A stretch of DNA of 58,792 nt from Chiloscyllium plagiosum (Eukaryota), in the NCBI RefSeq assembly GCF_004010195.1, contig NC_057719.1:75532866-75591657 (forward strand), read 5' to 3'. Both the position numbers and the translations under genes were made by a program. Shown here piece after piece: positions 12,726-25,124 of the stretch. Each line of letters starts with the position of its first letter. Positions within the stretch are counted from its first letter, which is position 1. The notes below the pieces were generated by a model that searched no databases, was not told where the DNA came from, and saw nothing but the letters and a program-made list of their open reading frames with translations.

Positions 12726-13443
12726 AATCGGTAAGTTTTAAATATTTACTCCTTTCTTAAAAAGTAAGTTGCAGCAATTGTGTCTAGGGGAAAGTGAGCT
12801 GAAAGTGGTCGAGGAGCCATATGTGAGTACTACAGCTGTGTAATGTATTTGACAAATAGCAACAACTGTTGGATAATTGGAGACATTTTGAATGGATCGA
12901 TGTGCCAGGCAGTGAGGATTATTACGTAAATCCCCAGACGTTCCCTTTAAATGTAATTTAACATACTTTATTTTTAATGGGAAAAGAAGTGAAGCGCATA
13001 GTTGACTTCTGATATTACAAAAGCGAAGATCTGCGCCATGTTAACAGCTAAGCTCATGTCATTTATGGTCTGTGCTCATTCCCACTATTTGAATTTCTGA
13101 ACTGAAGAAGTGTTGGAATCATTGGTGAATAATCTATTTTAATTTGGGCATAAACCATAGGTTGGTACTGATCTCATTCCTATACATATCCAGTGAGTCA
13201 ATCCACATCTTTCTTACAAGTGAGACAAAAGACTATTTGTAGACAGAGTTGACTGCAGTGCACAAGTACAATGAAGTTGAATATATAATTAATAAAACAT
13301 TATTGTATTCTTATAACTGATTCTCTTATGTTCTAAACTAGGCTTCTATTTATTGCCGTCAGTATAAAAGGAGTTTTTTTGCGTTGACACTGCCATGTCA
13401 GAATTTAATTGTGAACTGTAATTACAGTATACACTATTAACCT

Positions 13444-13576
13444 TTTCATTTGGTGTTTATAACCTTGCACAACACGCATCTGCCAATCATAATTGTGTGG
13501 GGGTTTGTTTAAGATTCAAGATGTCTGCTCAAAAATGCTTTGCCTGTGCTAGGGTTCCAGGCTGGAAGACAGACTG
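13444..13576 (+). repeat. 133-bp direct repeat, copy 2 (probable donor)
   Basis: Near-identical to 12069-12201. Confidence 0.9.
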
Positions 13577-13611
13577 AGACTCTCAATGCAAAACTGCTCC
13601 CAGGGTTGAAA

Positions 13612-14045
13612 AGAGGTTAGTGAGACCTCTTCTAGAGTACTGTGTCCAGTTCTGGTCGCCCTGTTATAGGAAGGATACTATTAAGCAACAGAAGCTTCAA
13701 AAGAGATTTACCAGGATGTTGCCGGGAATGGAGGTTTTGAGTTATAAGGAGAGGCTGGATATTGTCCACTGGAGTGTAGGAAGTTGAGGGGTGACCTTAT
13801 AAAGGTTTATAAAACTATGAGGGGTATAGATAATGTGAATGGCCGGTATCTTTTCCCTAGGACGGGGGATTTCAAGACCAGGGGTCATATTCTAAAGGTG
13901 AGAGGAGAAAGATTAAAAAAAAACGAGGGGCATTTGTGGTTTGTGTGTGGAATATGGACCAAGCACAAGCAGATGGGAATGGTTTAGGTCGGGATTATGG
14001 TCTGCATGGACTGGTCCGAAGGGTCTCTTTCTGTGCTGTGTAGGG
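13612..14045 (+). mobile_element. CR1 3' fragment
   Basis: [30 protein letters not shown] motifs. Confidence 0.85.
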
Positions 14046-15261
14046 AACAGCTGAGGGAAGACAGTTCAGTAATGGAAGGCTTTGATTTTACAAACCTGTA
14101 GATTGATGGATTGATTGTGACCCTGGCAGAGGAATGAATAATGGATGGTGGTTGGAGCTTGCTGCGGGAGGAGGAGTGTGATGAGACGGTGCTGAGGAGG
14201 AAGACCTGGAAAGTCAAGGCAAGTGATGATCCTGGTTGCAAAACATCTTTTAAAAAAAAGGAGCGAGAAGCTATGGTGGGAAGTGTGAGGGATCCCTTAT
14301 TAGTAAATATTTTTCTTTGTGTCATGTCTGATACAGATGATAGAGTAACCTTTTATGGCTTGGGAGCGACGCTGAAATTCAGGATACATTTCTCCTTTCT
14401 GATTGTCTTTTGATAATGACAAGAGAGTGAGGAATGTACTGGAAGACAGATTGCATTCTTAAGCCTTCACCCAGCCACTTGCTTTCATTGGCACACTGAC
14501 TAATGTCATCTGTCATGACCTCCAAGAAACAATTGCCCAAAAATGATCTTCTCAGTGCACTCAGTATCACAAGAACCTGAAATATTTGTCAAAACTTTCA
14601 AATGAGATCTGTGGTGTTTTATATTTATAATATTTAGATGTTGCCTTTTTTTAACAAAAGGTTGGTAAACACATGTGTGTGTTTGTGCACACGCATGCAC
14701 GTGTGTGTTAATTCTGGCTGAGTCATTATGTTCCTATCATTTATTCATGCACAGCATTACTCCAGCATTTATTGCACAATCCTAATTATGTTTCAGAAGA
14801 TGGTGGTACAAGTACATCATCAGTGCTGTTAGGAAATGAGTTCCTGAGTTTTGACCAAACAACAATGAAGGAATGCCAATATAGCTCCATATCAGGATGG
14901 TTTCTGGCTTGGACAGGCCACAAGTCAGCAAATCTGAGCTTGCAGTATCTTGCTTACTGGTCTGCGGGACACAAGCTGTGATGTTTGATTTACAAGTCAG
15001 TTAGAATGCTAATCATGCCTCATCAAAGCACAGATTGTGTATGCAAGGCATGGACAGGATGTGAACTGTCATTTCATCTCAAGATGCCAGGCTGAAGATG
15101 TTTCACTTCATCTTTGAAGCTGCTTCATTGACAGCTTTGTACTTGGAGGCCTCTTTAGGACGCATCTCAGAACTTGCTGATCAGTTTATTAGTTTCTCCT
15201 TATCACTGTGACCTCTCTGAGCTCCAAGTTCATCGAAGTGAAGCAGAAAGCCATTTAGTGT

Positions 15262-15551
15262 GCACTGACATTCTGAAAACCATCCCACCCACATCCACCG
15301 CACCCCGTAACACTACATTGGAATTTTACATAGCTAATCCACCTAGCCTGCAAATTCCTTGGCACTACAGGGCAATTTAGCACAGCCAATCCACCTAACC
15401 TGCACATATTTGGACTGTGGGAGGAAACCCATATAGACATTGGGAGAACATGCAAACTCCACACAGACAGTCGCCCAAGGGTGGGAATTGAACCCTGCTC
15501 CCTGGCACTGTGACACAGCAGTGCTAACCACTGAGCCACCCCGTGCTGCCC
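15262..15551 (-). mobile_element. HE1-like V-SINE
   Basis: Reverse-complement head gtgctaaccactgagccacc and V-domain. Confidence 0.85.
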
Positions 15552-15974
15552 AGCAGTTTAAGATTCTAAGGAATCTGAAAACAACCTATAAGAATTTCTG
15601 AATAATTTGTCACATATAGTAGTTTAATGTACTATTGAAAGTTAAACACTTGTATATTGCTATTTTTATCTGTGTTTTCACCTATTTCCACTTGTAGTTT
15701 TTCTTATAAGCAATTGTAGGTGCTGGCTAGCCTGATGCCAATGATCAGGCAGCATTGTGCCTTTCCCCATGTGGGAGAGACTGCTGTACCTGGGGGTGCC
15801 CTGGAAAACCCAGCAATTAAAAGATTCACTGAGAGCTCCCACACCTTGTTGGTTCCGCACTGCAGCGTTAGTTTTAGTTGCATTTAAATTCACATAATTC
15901 CATGCAGGGGAACAGCTCCACAAACAATGTGGATTTTAAATGTTTCACTATTTCAAAATCAGGAGGGAATAGTT

Positions 15975-16200
15975 AGTCCAGGAGTAGTCATTGCCAGAAG
16001 TCTCAGAAGTCCACAGGGCCTCAGAGGGAGATGACTGATGGTGAGTTGAACCTGAGGGTCACCATGATTCAGGTGAGGAGGGAGGATGAGAAGGCAGGAT
16101 TTTCTTGGTGACCTCAGCCAGTGTGGGAATTGAACGCACACTGTTGGCATCAGTCTGCATTGGAAACCGGTCATCCGGCCAACTGAACTAACTGACTCCC
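15975..16200 (-). mobile_element. tRNA-derived SINE family 3
   Basis: Minus strand begins agtcagttagttcagttgg (A box) with B box cgttcaattccc; body differs from HE1. Confidence 0.55.
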
Positions 16201-16289
16201 TGAATCCAGTACAAACCGAACCAATCAGGAAGCTGGTACTTATTTCAAAACTGAGGGCGGTCTGCCCCTTCAGATGCACGAGAAACCCT

Positions 16290-16835
16290 TCACAGAGTTG
16301 TACAGCAAGGAAACAGACCCTTCGGTCCAACTTTTCCATGCTGACCAGGTCTCCTAAATTAATTTAGTCCCATTTGTCAGCATTTGGCCCGTATCCTTCT
16401 AAACCCTTCCTATTCATGTACAGATGAGTTTTAAATGTTGTAATTGTACCAGTCTCCACTACTTCCTCTGGCAGCTCATTCCATACATGCACCATCCTCT
16501 ATGCAAAAGCTGCTCTGTAGGACCCTTTTAAATCTCTCTCCTCTCACCTTAAACCCTCTAATTTTGGACTCTCTCCCCCTGGGAAAAAGACCTTAACTAT
16601 TCACCCTATTCACCATGATTTTATAAATTTCTGTAAGGTCACCCCTCAGCCTCTGATGCTTCAGGGAAAATAACCCCAGCCTATTCAGCCTCTCCCTATA
16701 GCTCAAACCCTCCAAAGCTGGTTTACATCCTTGTAAGTCTTTTCTGAACCTTTTCAAGTTTCACAACATCTTTCCTATAGGAGAGAGGCTAAAATTAAGC
16801 ACAGCATTCCAAAAGGGGCCGAATCTGGTCCAGTA
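16290..16835 (-). mobile_element. CR1 3' fragment
   Basis: Reverse complement of the CR1 tail (aacagacccttcggtccaac; cttcctctggcagctcattcca). Confidence 0.85.
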
Positions 16836-17117
16836 GTCCAATTGACTTAATCTCCCAATGCAATAACTCCATGTTCAAAGATGTAGCCTTTAAATCAAAA
16901 TTTGGACAAATACGTGTGGTTATGGTTACATATGGTGAAGAGCACATTTTACTTTTGCACTGAGGTACTTCAACAAAGTTTAAATTACTGACTGGTCTAC
17001 AACCTTTACACAAGCTTTCACAGCAACCTCAGAATCCTTCTCATTATCAATAGCTGAGGAGGCCTCTATGTAAAAGTCAGAGGAGAATAGATCTGGTTGG
17101 TATTTATCATTAAACAT

Positions 17118-17455
17118 AGTTAAAAAATCACACAACACTATGTTCTAGTCCAACAGATTTATTTGGAAGTTCCCTGCTTTCAGTCCTGATGAAGGGCTTT
17201 TGCCCGAAATGTCGATTTTCCTGTTCCTCGGATGCTGCCTGACCGGCTGTGCTTTTCCAGCATCACTCTGGTTTCCAGCATCTGCAGTCCTCACTTTTGC
17301 CAAGCTTTCAAAGTGTTGACCCTTCGTCATGTAGAAAAAGCAGCAGCGCTCCAAAAGCTAGTGCTTCCAAATAAACCTGTTGGGCTATAACCAGTTGTTG
17401 TGTGATTTTTTTAAATTTGTCCACCCCTGTCCAACGCCAGCACTTCCATATCTTA
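17118..17455. mobile_element. Inverted-repeat PLE-derived element (family B) with a nested family-A fragment
   Basis: Arms about 17123-17169 and 17364-17410 are reverse complements; flanked by ATTAAACAT at 17109-17117 and 17456-17464. Confidence 0.7.
17186..17213 (+). ncRNA. Minimal hammerhead ribozyme core (PLE family A)
   Basis: CTGATGA-A-GGGC-TTTT-GCCC-GAAATGTC, with short stem I (agtc/gatt). Confidence 0.7.
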
Positions 17456-17704
17456 ATTAAACATGACTGCCTGTATCCTTAGGGGCTGAGTACTTCCTGT
17501 TCCTGTTCTTCCACTTTGTACACCCCCATTTTACCCAGGGTTCAATGCTGAGGTGCCATCATTCGACTTATTCATGTTTTCTCAGGCAAATAGGGAAATG
17601 ATTGGAATCAAAATTGAAAGAAAACCAACCTTGTTACTGCTGTGAGTGCAGAAGCAATAATTTTGGGAAATATATAAAATCGTTCCGTTTCCAACATTTC
17701 TAAT

Positions 17705-18375
17705 CCATGAGGCCTCTTTTGGAGTACTGTCTTCAGTTCAAGTTACCCTGTTATAGGAAAGATACTATTAAGCTGGAGAGGGTTCAGAACAGATTTACCA
17801 GGATGTTGTTAGGAATGGACGGCTTGAGTTATAAGGAGTCTGGATGGTATATGAATAGGAAGGGTTTAGAGGGATATGGGCCAAGTGCTGGCAAATGGGA
17901 CTAGCTGAGATTAGGATATCTGGGCAGCAGGGACAAGTTGGACCGAAGGGTCTGTTTCCGTTCTGTACATCCCTATGACTGTATGAGAGGCTGGGACTTC
18001 TTTCACTAGAGTGCAGGAGGTTGAGGGTTGACCTTATAGAGGTTTGTAAAATTATGAGGGGTATAGATAAGGTGAATGACAGGTGGCTTTTTCCCTAGGA
18101 TGGTGCATTTTAAGACAAGGGAAGACTATTTTTCAGGTGAAAGGAGAAATATTTAAATAAGACATGAGGGGAAACGTTTTTTTTACATAGAGAGTGATTT
18201 GTGTGTGGAAAGCACCTCCAGAGGAAGTGGTGGATGTGGGTGCAGTTACAATGTTTAAAAGACATTTGGATAAGTACGTGAATAGGAAATGTTTGGAGTG
18301 ATATGGGCCAAGGTGGGATTATGGTCTACATGGACTGTTGGACTGAAGGGTCTGTTTCTGTGCTGCATGATTTTA
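17705..18375 (+). mobile_element. CR1 3' fragment containing a second nested CR1 3' end (about 17839-17984)
   Basis: RPLLEYCLQF, LERVQNRFTRML; two CR1 tails (gaccgaagggtctgtttcc-type). Confidence 0.8.
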
Positions 18376-18424
18376 TAGGTGATGGCGAGACAGGTTGGCT
18401 GTTTGCAGAGCAGAAATGTTAAAC

Positions 18425-19550
18425 CCAATTGATTGAGTTTTTTGAAGAAGTAACAAAGAGGATTGATGAGGGCAGAGTGGTAGATGTGATCTATATGGAC
18501 TTCAGTAAGGCGTTCAACAAAGTTCCCCATGGGAGACTGGTGAGCAAGGTTAGATCTCATGGAATACAGGGAGAACTCGCCATTTGGATACAGAACTGGC
18601 TCAAAGGTGGAAGTCAGAGGGTGGTGGCGGAGGGTTGTTTTTCAGACTGGAGGCCTGTGACCAGTGGAGTGCCGCAAGGATCAGTGCTGGGTCCACTACT
18701 TTTTGTCATTTATGTGAATGATTTTGATGTGAGCATAAGAGGTATAGTTAGTAAGTTTGCAAATTACACCAAAATTGAAGTTGTAGTGGACAGCGAAGAA
18801 GGTTACCTCAGATTACAACGGGATCTTGATCAGATGGGCCAATGGACTGAGAAGTGGCAGATGGAGTTTAATTTAGATAAATGTGAGGTGCTGCATTTTG
18901 GGAAAGCAAATGTTAGGAGGACTTACGCACTTAATGGTAAGGTCCTAGGGAGTGTTGCTGAACAAAGAGACCTTGGAGTACAGGTTCATAGCTCCTTGAA
19001 AGTGGAGTTGCAGGTAGCTAGGATAGTGAAGGGAGTGTTTGGTATGCTTTCCTTTATTGGTCAGAGTATTGAGTACAGGAGTTGGGACGTCATGTTGCAC
19101 TGTACAGGACATTGGTTAGGCCACAGTTGGAATATTGCGAGCAATTCTGGTCTCCTTCTTATTGGAAAGATGTTGTGAAACTTGAAAGGGTTCAGAAGAG
19201 ATTTACGAGGATATTGCCAGGGTTAGAGGATTTGAGCTACAGGGAGAGGCTGAATAAGCTAGGGCTGTTTCCCCTGGAGCAACAGAGGCTGAGGAGTGAC
19301 CTTATAGAGGTTTATAAAATCATGAGAGGCATGAATAGGATAAATAGACAAAGTCTTTTCCCTGGGGTCAGGGAGTCCAGAGCTAGAGAACATAGTTTTA
19401 AGGTGAGAATGGAAATATATAAAAGAGACCTAAGGGGCAACATTTTCACTCAGAGGGTGGTACATGCATGGAATGAGCTGCCAGAGGAAGTGGTGGAGGC
19501 TGGTACAATTACAACATTTAAAAGGCTTCTGGATGGGTATATGAATAGGG
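18425..19550 (+). mobile_element. CR1 LINE ORF2 reverse transcriptase region, 5'-truncated and inactive
   Basis: ORFs 18429-19178 and 19082-19612: YMDFSKAFNKVPH, SGVPQGSVLGPLLF, SKFANYTK (FADD motif destroyed), frameshift near 19090, WNELPEEVV. Confidence 0.92.
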
Positions 19551-19784
19551 TGTTATTAACACCTTGTAGGCTGCTCTCACTCTCTCTCTCTCTCATCTGC
19601 CAGCCTGGCTAATAGGTGTGAGGGCACACCTAGGATATGACCCCTGACATTGGCAAGGTAGCATCAACTCTGGGTGGCAGTTGGAAGACTGGTGCAGAGA
19701 CTGGTTTCTTCAATTTGAAATTTAAAGGGATGAGTTTAGGTTTTCATGAAAAGAAGGAAAACGGAGGAAGCGCATAATGAAGAA

Positions 19785-20680
19785 GGGGTTTGGTATGCTT
19801 TCTTTTATTGGTCAGAGTATTGAGTACAGGAGTTGGGAGGTCATGTTGCAGCTGTAAAGGACATTGGTGAGACCACTTTTGGAATATTGTGTGCAATTCT
19901 GGTCTCCGCTGTGGGGGCGGCACGGTGGCTCAGTGGTTAGCACTGCTGCCTCACAGCACCAGGGTCCCAGGTTCGATTCCAACCTTGGGCGACTGTCTGT
20001 GTGGAGTTTGCACATTCTCCCCGTGTCTGCGTGGGTTTCCTCTGTGTGCTCCAGTTTCCTCCCACAGTCCAAAAATGTGCAGGTCAGGTAAATTGGTCAT
20101 GTTAAATTGCCCTTGGTTAGGTGTGTTAGTCAGAGGGGAAATGGGTCTGGGTGGGTTACTCTTCGGAGGGTCGGTGTGGACTTGTTGGGCCGAAGGGCCT
20201 GTTTCCACACTGTAGGGAATCTAATCCAATCTTCCTATTGGAAGGATGTCATGAAACTTGAAAGAGTTCAGAAATGATTTCCAAGGATGTTGCCAGGGTT
20301 GGAGGTTTTGAGCTATAGGGAGAGGCTGGACAAACTGGGGCTGTTTCCCCTGGAATGTCAGAGGCTGAGGGGTGACCTTATAGAGGTTTATAAATCATGA
20401 CAGGCATGGATAGAATAAACAGACAAAGACCTTGAACTAGCATCCAAAACTAGAGGGCATAGGTTCAGGGTGAGAGGGAAAAGATATAAAAGGGACCTAA
20501 GGGGCAACTTTTTCACACAGAGGGTTGTGCATGTGTGGAATGAGCTGCCAGAGGAAGTGGTGGAGACTGGTACAATTGTAACATTTAAAAAACATCTGGG
20601 TGGGTATATGAATAGGAAGAGTTTTGATTTGGGATTATGGTCAGCATGGACGACTTGGACCGAAGGGTCTGTTTCCGTGC
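19785..20680 (+). mobile_element. CR1 3' fragment interrupted by an HE1 SINE
   Basis: [14 protein letters not shown], then the SINE, then resumes at cttcctattggaaggatg; FFTQRVVHVWNELP. Confidence 0.85.
19913..20230 (+). mobile_element. HE1-like V-SINE, young copy
   Basis: gggcggcacggtggctcagtggttagc; CpGs retained; aatct-repeat tail. Confidence 0.9.
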
Positions 20681-21354
20681 ACAGGCACCCAGAACTGAAT
20701 GATTTCCTTCGGAGCAGTAATGATTCCTTGATGGTTTTCCCCAATTTTGATATATTAATTACTGCTTACACCCCCCACGCCCCCCCCCCCCCCACCTTCC
20801 CCCTCCCCACACCCCACACCATACAGTCCTCCATTTGGAGTGGAGTTGGGAACATGAAAAAAAAATCTTTAACTTGTGTTTCTGTTGATTAAACATCTTG
20901 ATAGTGTATAAACTGTGTAGCCTTCACACAGCAAAGGAGCGAGTTATAGTCATACCATTTCCTACTTCTCAGTAAAAACATGGCTTCAAGTGGCAAGGGA
21001 GTTGTTGTTCTAATTAATGTACATAGTTAGACAGCTGGCCATGGACATGCAGCAAGGCTATATTCTCAAATGTTTTACAAATGAGCCGTATGTTACCTTC
21101 AAAAATTTTGAAGTCGTAGTCTTATTTCTCTTTCCTACTCGAAGTCCACTTTTTAATCCATCCCTTTACTGATCCACATTTTCCATCATTCTTATCAACT
21201 CAATTTTCACTTTTTCTCGTCCCTTTTCCCCTCTTCCTTCTAACACCCCTCATCAGCTTACCACTCTGATTTTTCTCTCTTTCCCTATCTTTAATTTTCT
21301 GTTGACCCAAAACAATGCTAAACATCCTTTACTAATACCGATAGCCTTGTTAGA

Positions 21355-21850
21355 TTACTATGAGTGTGATGTCAGAGATTATATATTACACATGGTGTAA
21401 AGTCAGAGTGTGTATAGTACAAATGTTGTAAAGTCAGAATATGTATAGTACACATGGTGTGAGGTCAGAATGTGTATATTACAGATGATGTAAAGTCAAG
21501 GTGTGTATATTACAGATGGTGTAAGGTCAGAGTGTGTACAGTACAGATAGTGTAAGGTCTGGATGTGTATATTACACGTTGTGTAAGTTCAGAGTGTGTA
21601 TATTGCAGATTATGTAAGGTCAGGGTGTGTATATTACAGATAGTGTAAGGTCAGATTGTATATATTACACATGGAGTTAGATCATGTGTGTATATTACAG
21701 ATGGTGTAAGGTCAGAGTGTGTATATTGCAGATTATGTACGGTCAGTGTGTGTATATTACAGATGGTGTAAGGTCAGATTGTGTATATTGCCCATGGTGT
21801 ACGGTCAGGATGTGTATATTAATGATGGTGTGAGATAGGAATGTCTGTTT
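21355..21850. repeat. 31-bp minisatellite, about 16 copies
   Basis: Unit gtgtgtatattacagatggtgtaaggtcaga (e.g. starts at 21501 and 21532). Confidence 0.9.
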
Positions 21851-22767
21851 ATTACTGTTAATTTGGTGAGTTACATTGGTACAAGGAATTTAGTGTGAGG
21901 TTGGTACACATATTATTGGTGTTAAGTAAAGAAAATTATTGTTTAACAATAAACACATCAAAAATGTTTTTGCATGTGCGTATATCATCTAGAAATGATC
22001 AAGGTACAAAAAGTCTTTATTTGTCATACTTTTAACATTGGTAATTCCATAATAAGATATAGCTGCATACATTTCCATTAGGTCTGTCTTTATCTCAGGT
22101 CTACATGACAGATTTCTAATAAAACTTATCTTTTTGGTCACTGGTTTGTGCTGAAGAATTCATCATGCAAGCACTTTGTGATTTGCAGTACAGCAGGCAC
22201 TGAGTAAAGAGGATTAGTTTTGTGAATCCTAATTGTCTGTCTCCTACAGCATGCAGCAGCCAGCTTTCATCATCATATCACTGCTAACATTATAGCCTTT
22301 CAGCAGTAGTTAACAGAGAATAGCAAACACATTTTTGACTTCACATTATTCCCAAGCATCCCTTTGAAGATATCTAAATTATTTTAAAACTAACTGATTT
22401 CTTCCCTTATGTCTTGAAGCCAGCCCTTCCTTATAATTGGTTACCCCGCATAACTTGATCCATAGAACATTTTCTGCTTAATCTTGGTTGTCACAGAGAC
22501 ACAAAGCAGCTCATATTATTATTCTTAGAGTTAGTGCGCCTATTTCAATTCATGTACTTATAGGTCCCACATGTTTCACTGAATGCTTTTATTGCCAGAA
22601 AGGGATGATTTTCCTCTCGCATTCATCAGAACAGGGTCAAAAAGGCCTAATTTTGCAACTAAAAAGTGGGCAGTAATTGATTGGTAAGTAGAATTTGGTT
22701 GGCTGAGGTATTGCCATGGAGAAAACAATAGGCTCCCATTGCTTCTGGATAAAAAGATACGAGGATT

Positions 22768-23635
22768 GAAAGAAGGTTACCTCAGATTACAACAGAATCT
22801 TGATCAGATGGGCCAATGGGCTGAGAAGTGGCAGATGGAGTTTAATTCAGATAAATGGAAGGTGCTGCATTTTGGGAAAGCAAATGTTAGGAGGACTTAT
22901 ACACTTAATGGTAAGGTTTTAGGGAGTGTTGCTGAACAAAGAGACCTTGGAGTGCAGGTTCATAGCTCCTTGAAAGTGGAGTCGTAGGTAGATAGGATAG
23001 TGAAGAAGTCATTTGCTATGCTTGCCTTTATTGGTCAGAGTATTGAGTACAGGAGTTGGGATGTCATGTTGTGGCTATACAAGACATTGGTTAGGCCACT
23101 GTTGGAACATTGTGTGCAATTCTGGTCTCCCTCCGATAAAAGATGTTGTGAAACTTGAAAGGGTTCAGAAAAGATTTACAAGGATGTTGCCAGGGTTGGA
23201 GGATTTGAGCTATGAGGAGAGGCTGAACAGGCTGGGGCTGTTTTCCTTTGAGCGTTGGAGGCTGAGGGGTGACCTTATAGAGGTTTACAAAATTATGAGG
23301 GGCATGGATAGGATAAATAGACAAGGTCCTTTCCCTGGGGTGGGGGAGTCCAGAACTAGAGTGCATAGGTTTAGGGTGTGAATGGAAAGATATAAAAGAG
23401 ACCTAAGGGGCAACATTTTCACGCAGAGGGTGGTATGTGTGTGGAATGAGCTGCCAGAGGAAGTGGTGGAGGCTGGTACAACTGCAACATTTAAAAGGCA
23501 TTTGGATGGGTATATGAATAGGAAGGGTTTGGAGGGATATGGGCTGGGTGCTGGCAGGTGGGACTAGATTGGGTTGGGATATCTAGTCAGCTTGGAAGGG
23601 TCTGTTTCCATGCTGTACATCTCTATGACTCTATA
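22768..23635 (+). mobile_element. CR1 3' fragment, same subfamily as 18425
   Basis: EGYLRLQQNLDQMGQWAEKWQMEFN...WNELPEEVV; tail ctctatgactctat. Confidence 0.9.
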
Positions 23636-25124
23636 ACATATTTCTTTTGCTTGCAGAGAATGGATCCCCATGTATGAGTGTAGCTCCCAGTAAGCATAAA
23701 CAAACAACGTTGTAAGCTCAATGAATTATCTTAAATTGGTTGTAAGTATAGCTATTAACACTCAGAATAATTTAGCAAGTGCTGTCCAATTATGGAATCA
23801 CATCTGACAGTAGACATTTTGTTTTGTGGGATAGTTGAGCATGGTCTATACTTTCCCGATTGTGAACAAACAAAAGAATGTGTTGTTTGATTCAGTTAGC
23901 CAACGTCTGAGATTTGCAGCCCAGTTATTTTTTAACATGATGGCAGTTAGAATGGGAACGGGGGCGAAGAGAAAAGGGGGATCCATGCAAGTTGCCAACA
24001 GTGATAACATAAATTAACTTGAAGACATTGCTGACATGGTCCCTCAATATTTACAGCGAAGGAAGCTTTCTGTGTGGAGGACTTGACAAGAAAACTAACA
24101 ACGAATTGGGACTGGGGACTTGCCAAAATTATTGTAACCACATTAATGGCAGTGAAGAAAATAATAACATGAAACAGTGATAGATTTTCCCAGGACTAGA
24201 TTATTTCCATCCCAGACTTTCAAAGGGAGTGTATTTATTGCACATAACCTAGCAATAATTTTTCCAAAGGTGTCTTCATTCAGGAATTATTGATTTTCAT
24301 TGTGAATATGATTACAATACTCAGTATTTAAGGAAGGTGTGAGTGGTGAACCACTGAATTATAGGTCAGTTAGCCTAATGTCTGTTGTTGGGAAATGCTG
24401 GAGTCTAACGTCGGGGATTATTTGAAGCAGTGATGGGAAACTGAATTGTGTAGTTCTGATGTGGCCTTTATAAAATTCTAATGCTCTAACTGACCAGGGA
24501 GCAGATTTGGTGCCCCATTAGTGGTGCTGAAAACCTCCAGGAGGCAGGAGTTGCCTGCCTGGTGCCAGATGCAGTTGGCAGCCATTTTGAGGCCTGCCAC
24601 AGCCTTACTGAAGTGGGAAGACAGTTCCTCAGGGGGCCAGCCGGATAAACACTTCAGAAATTAATGACTGGGCAAAAGCAGGATATTAGGCACATTGTGG
24701 TGCAGACATCCAAGGGCTTGATAATGTTCTCTGTCTCAAGGTAAGCTTTTCATTTGGCCTGGCAATGAATTCAGCAGCTGCGCACAAATGTGCAACCAGT
24801 CACTTAGGTTCAACAAAAAAAAATTGAAAATTGCATTTATGATAGCACAGAAAGCTTGACATGCTCCAGGACTGGCTGCTTTCTGGCAGTTAGTGGATTT
24901 TCTGCTCCCTCCTCCCACCACTGAACCAGCACTTGGACAGTACCAAGCTCTGGTAGAGGTATGGGAATCTTAAGGTGACCTCAGGGACCATGATTTGAAT
25001 TTGCATCTGCACTGGATCCAACCCTGCAGTCATTTTAAAGCCTGCCAGATCATTATATTTAAAGTGACTGAACATTAAAAAGCGTCAGCTGAGGAACCAG
25101 CATGAATTTTGCAGAGAGAAAGTT

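Noticed and set aside
12713..12736. Short exon ending at ATCG|gtaagt
   Set aside because: The acceptor side lies within a decayed CR1 fragment; at best a cryptic site.
18429..19612. Longest ORFs (249 and 176 aa) as a functional reverse transcriptase gene
   Set aside because: 5'-truncated CR1; the YADD/FADD motif reads FANY, and there is a frameshift.
19913..19990. tRNA genes
   Set aside because: All A/B-box sequences are SINE heads continuing into V-domain or other SINE bodies.
21355..21850. CRISPR array
   Set aside because: Contiguous tandem units without spacers, vertebrate context, no cas genes.
24725..24746. Recursive splice site (ttctctgtctcaag|gtaagc)
   Set aside because: AAG acceptor in probable repeat-derived DNA; no support without nascent RNA data.
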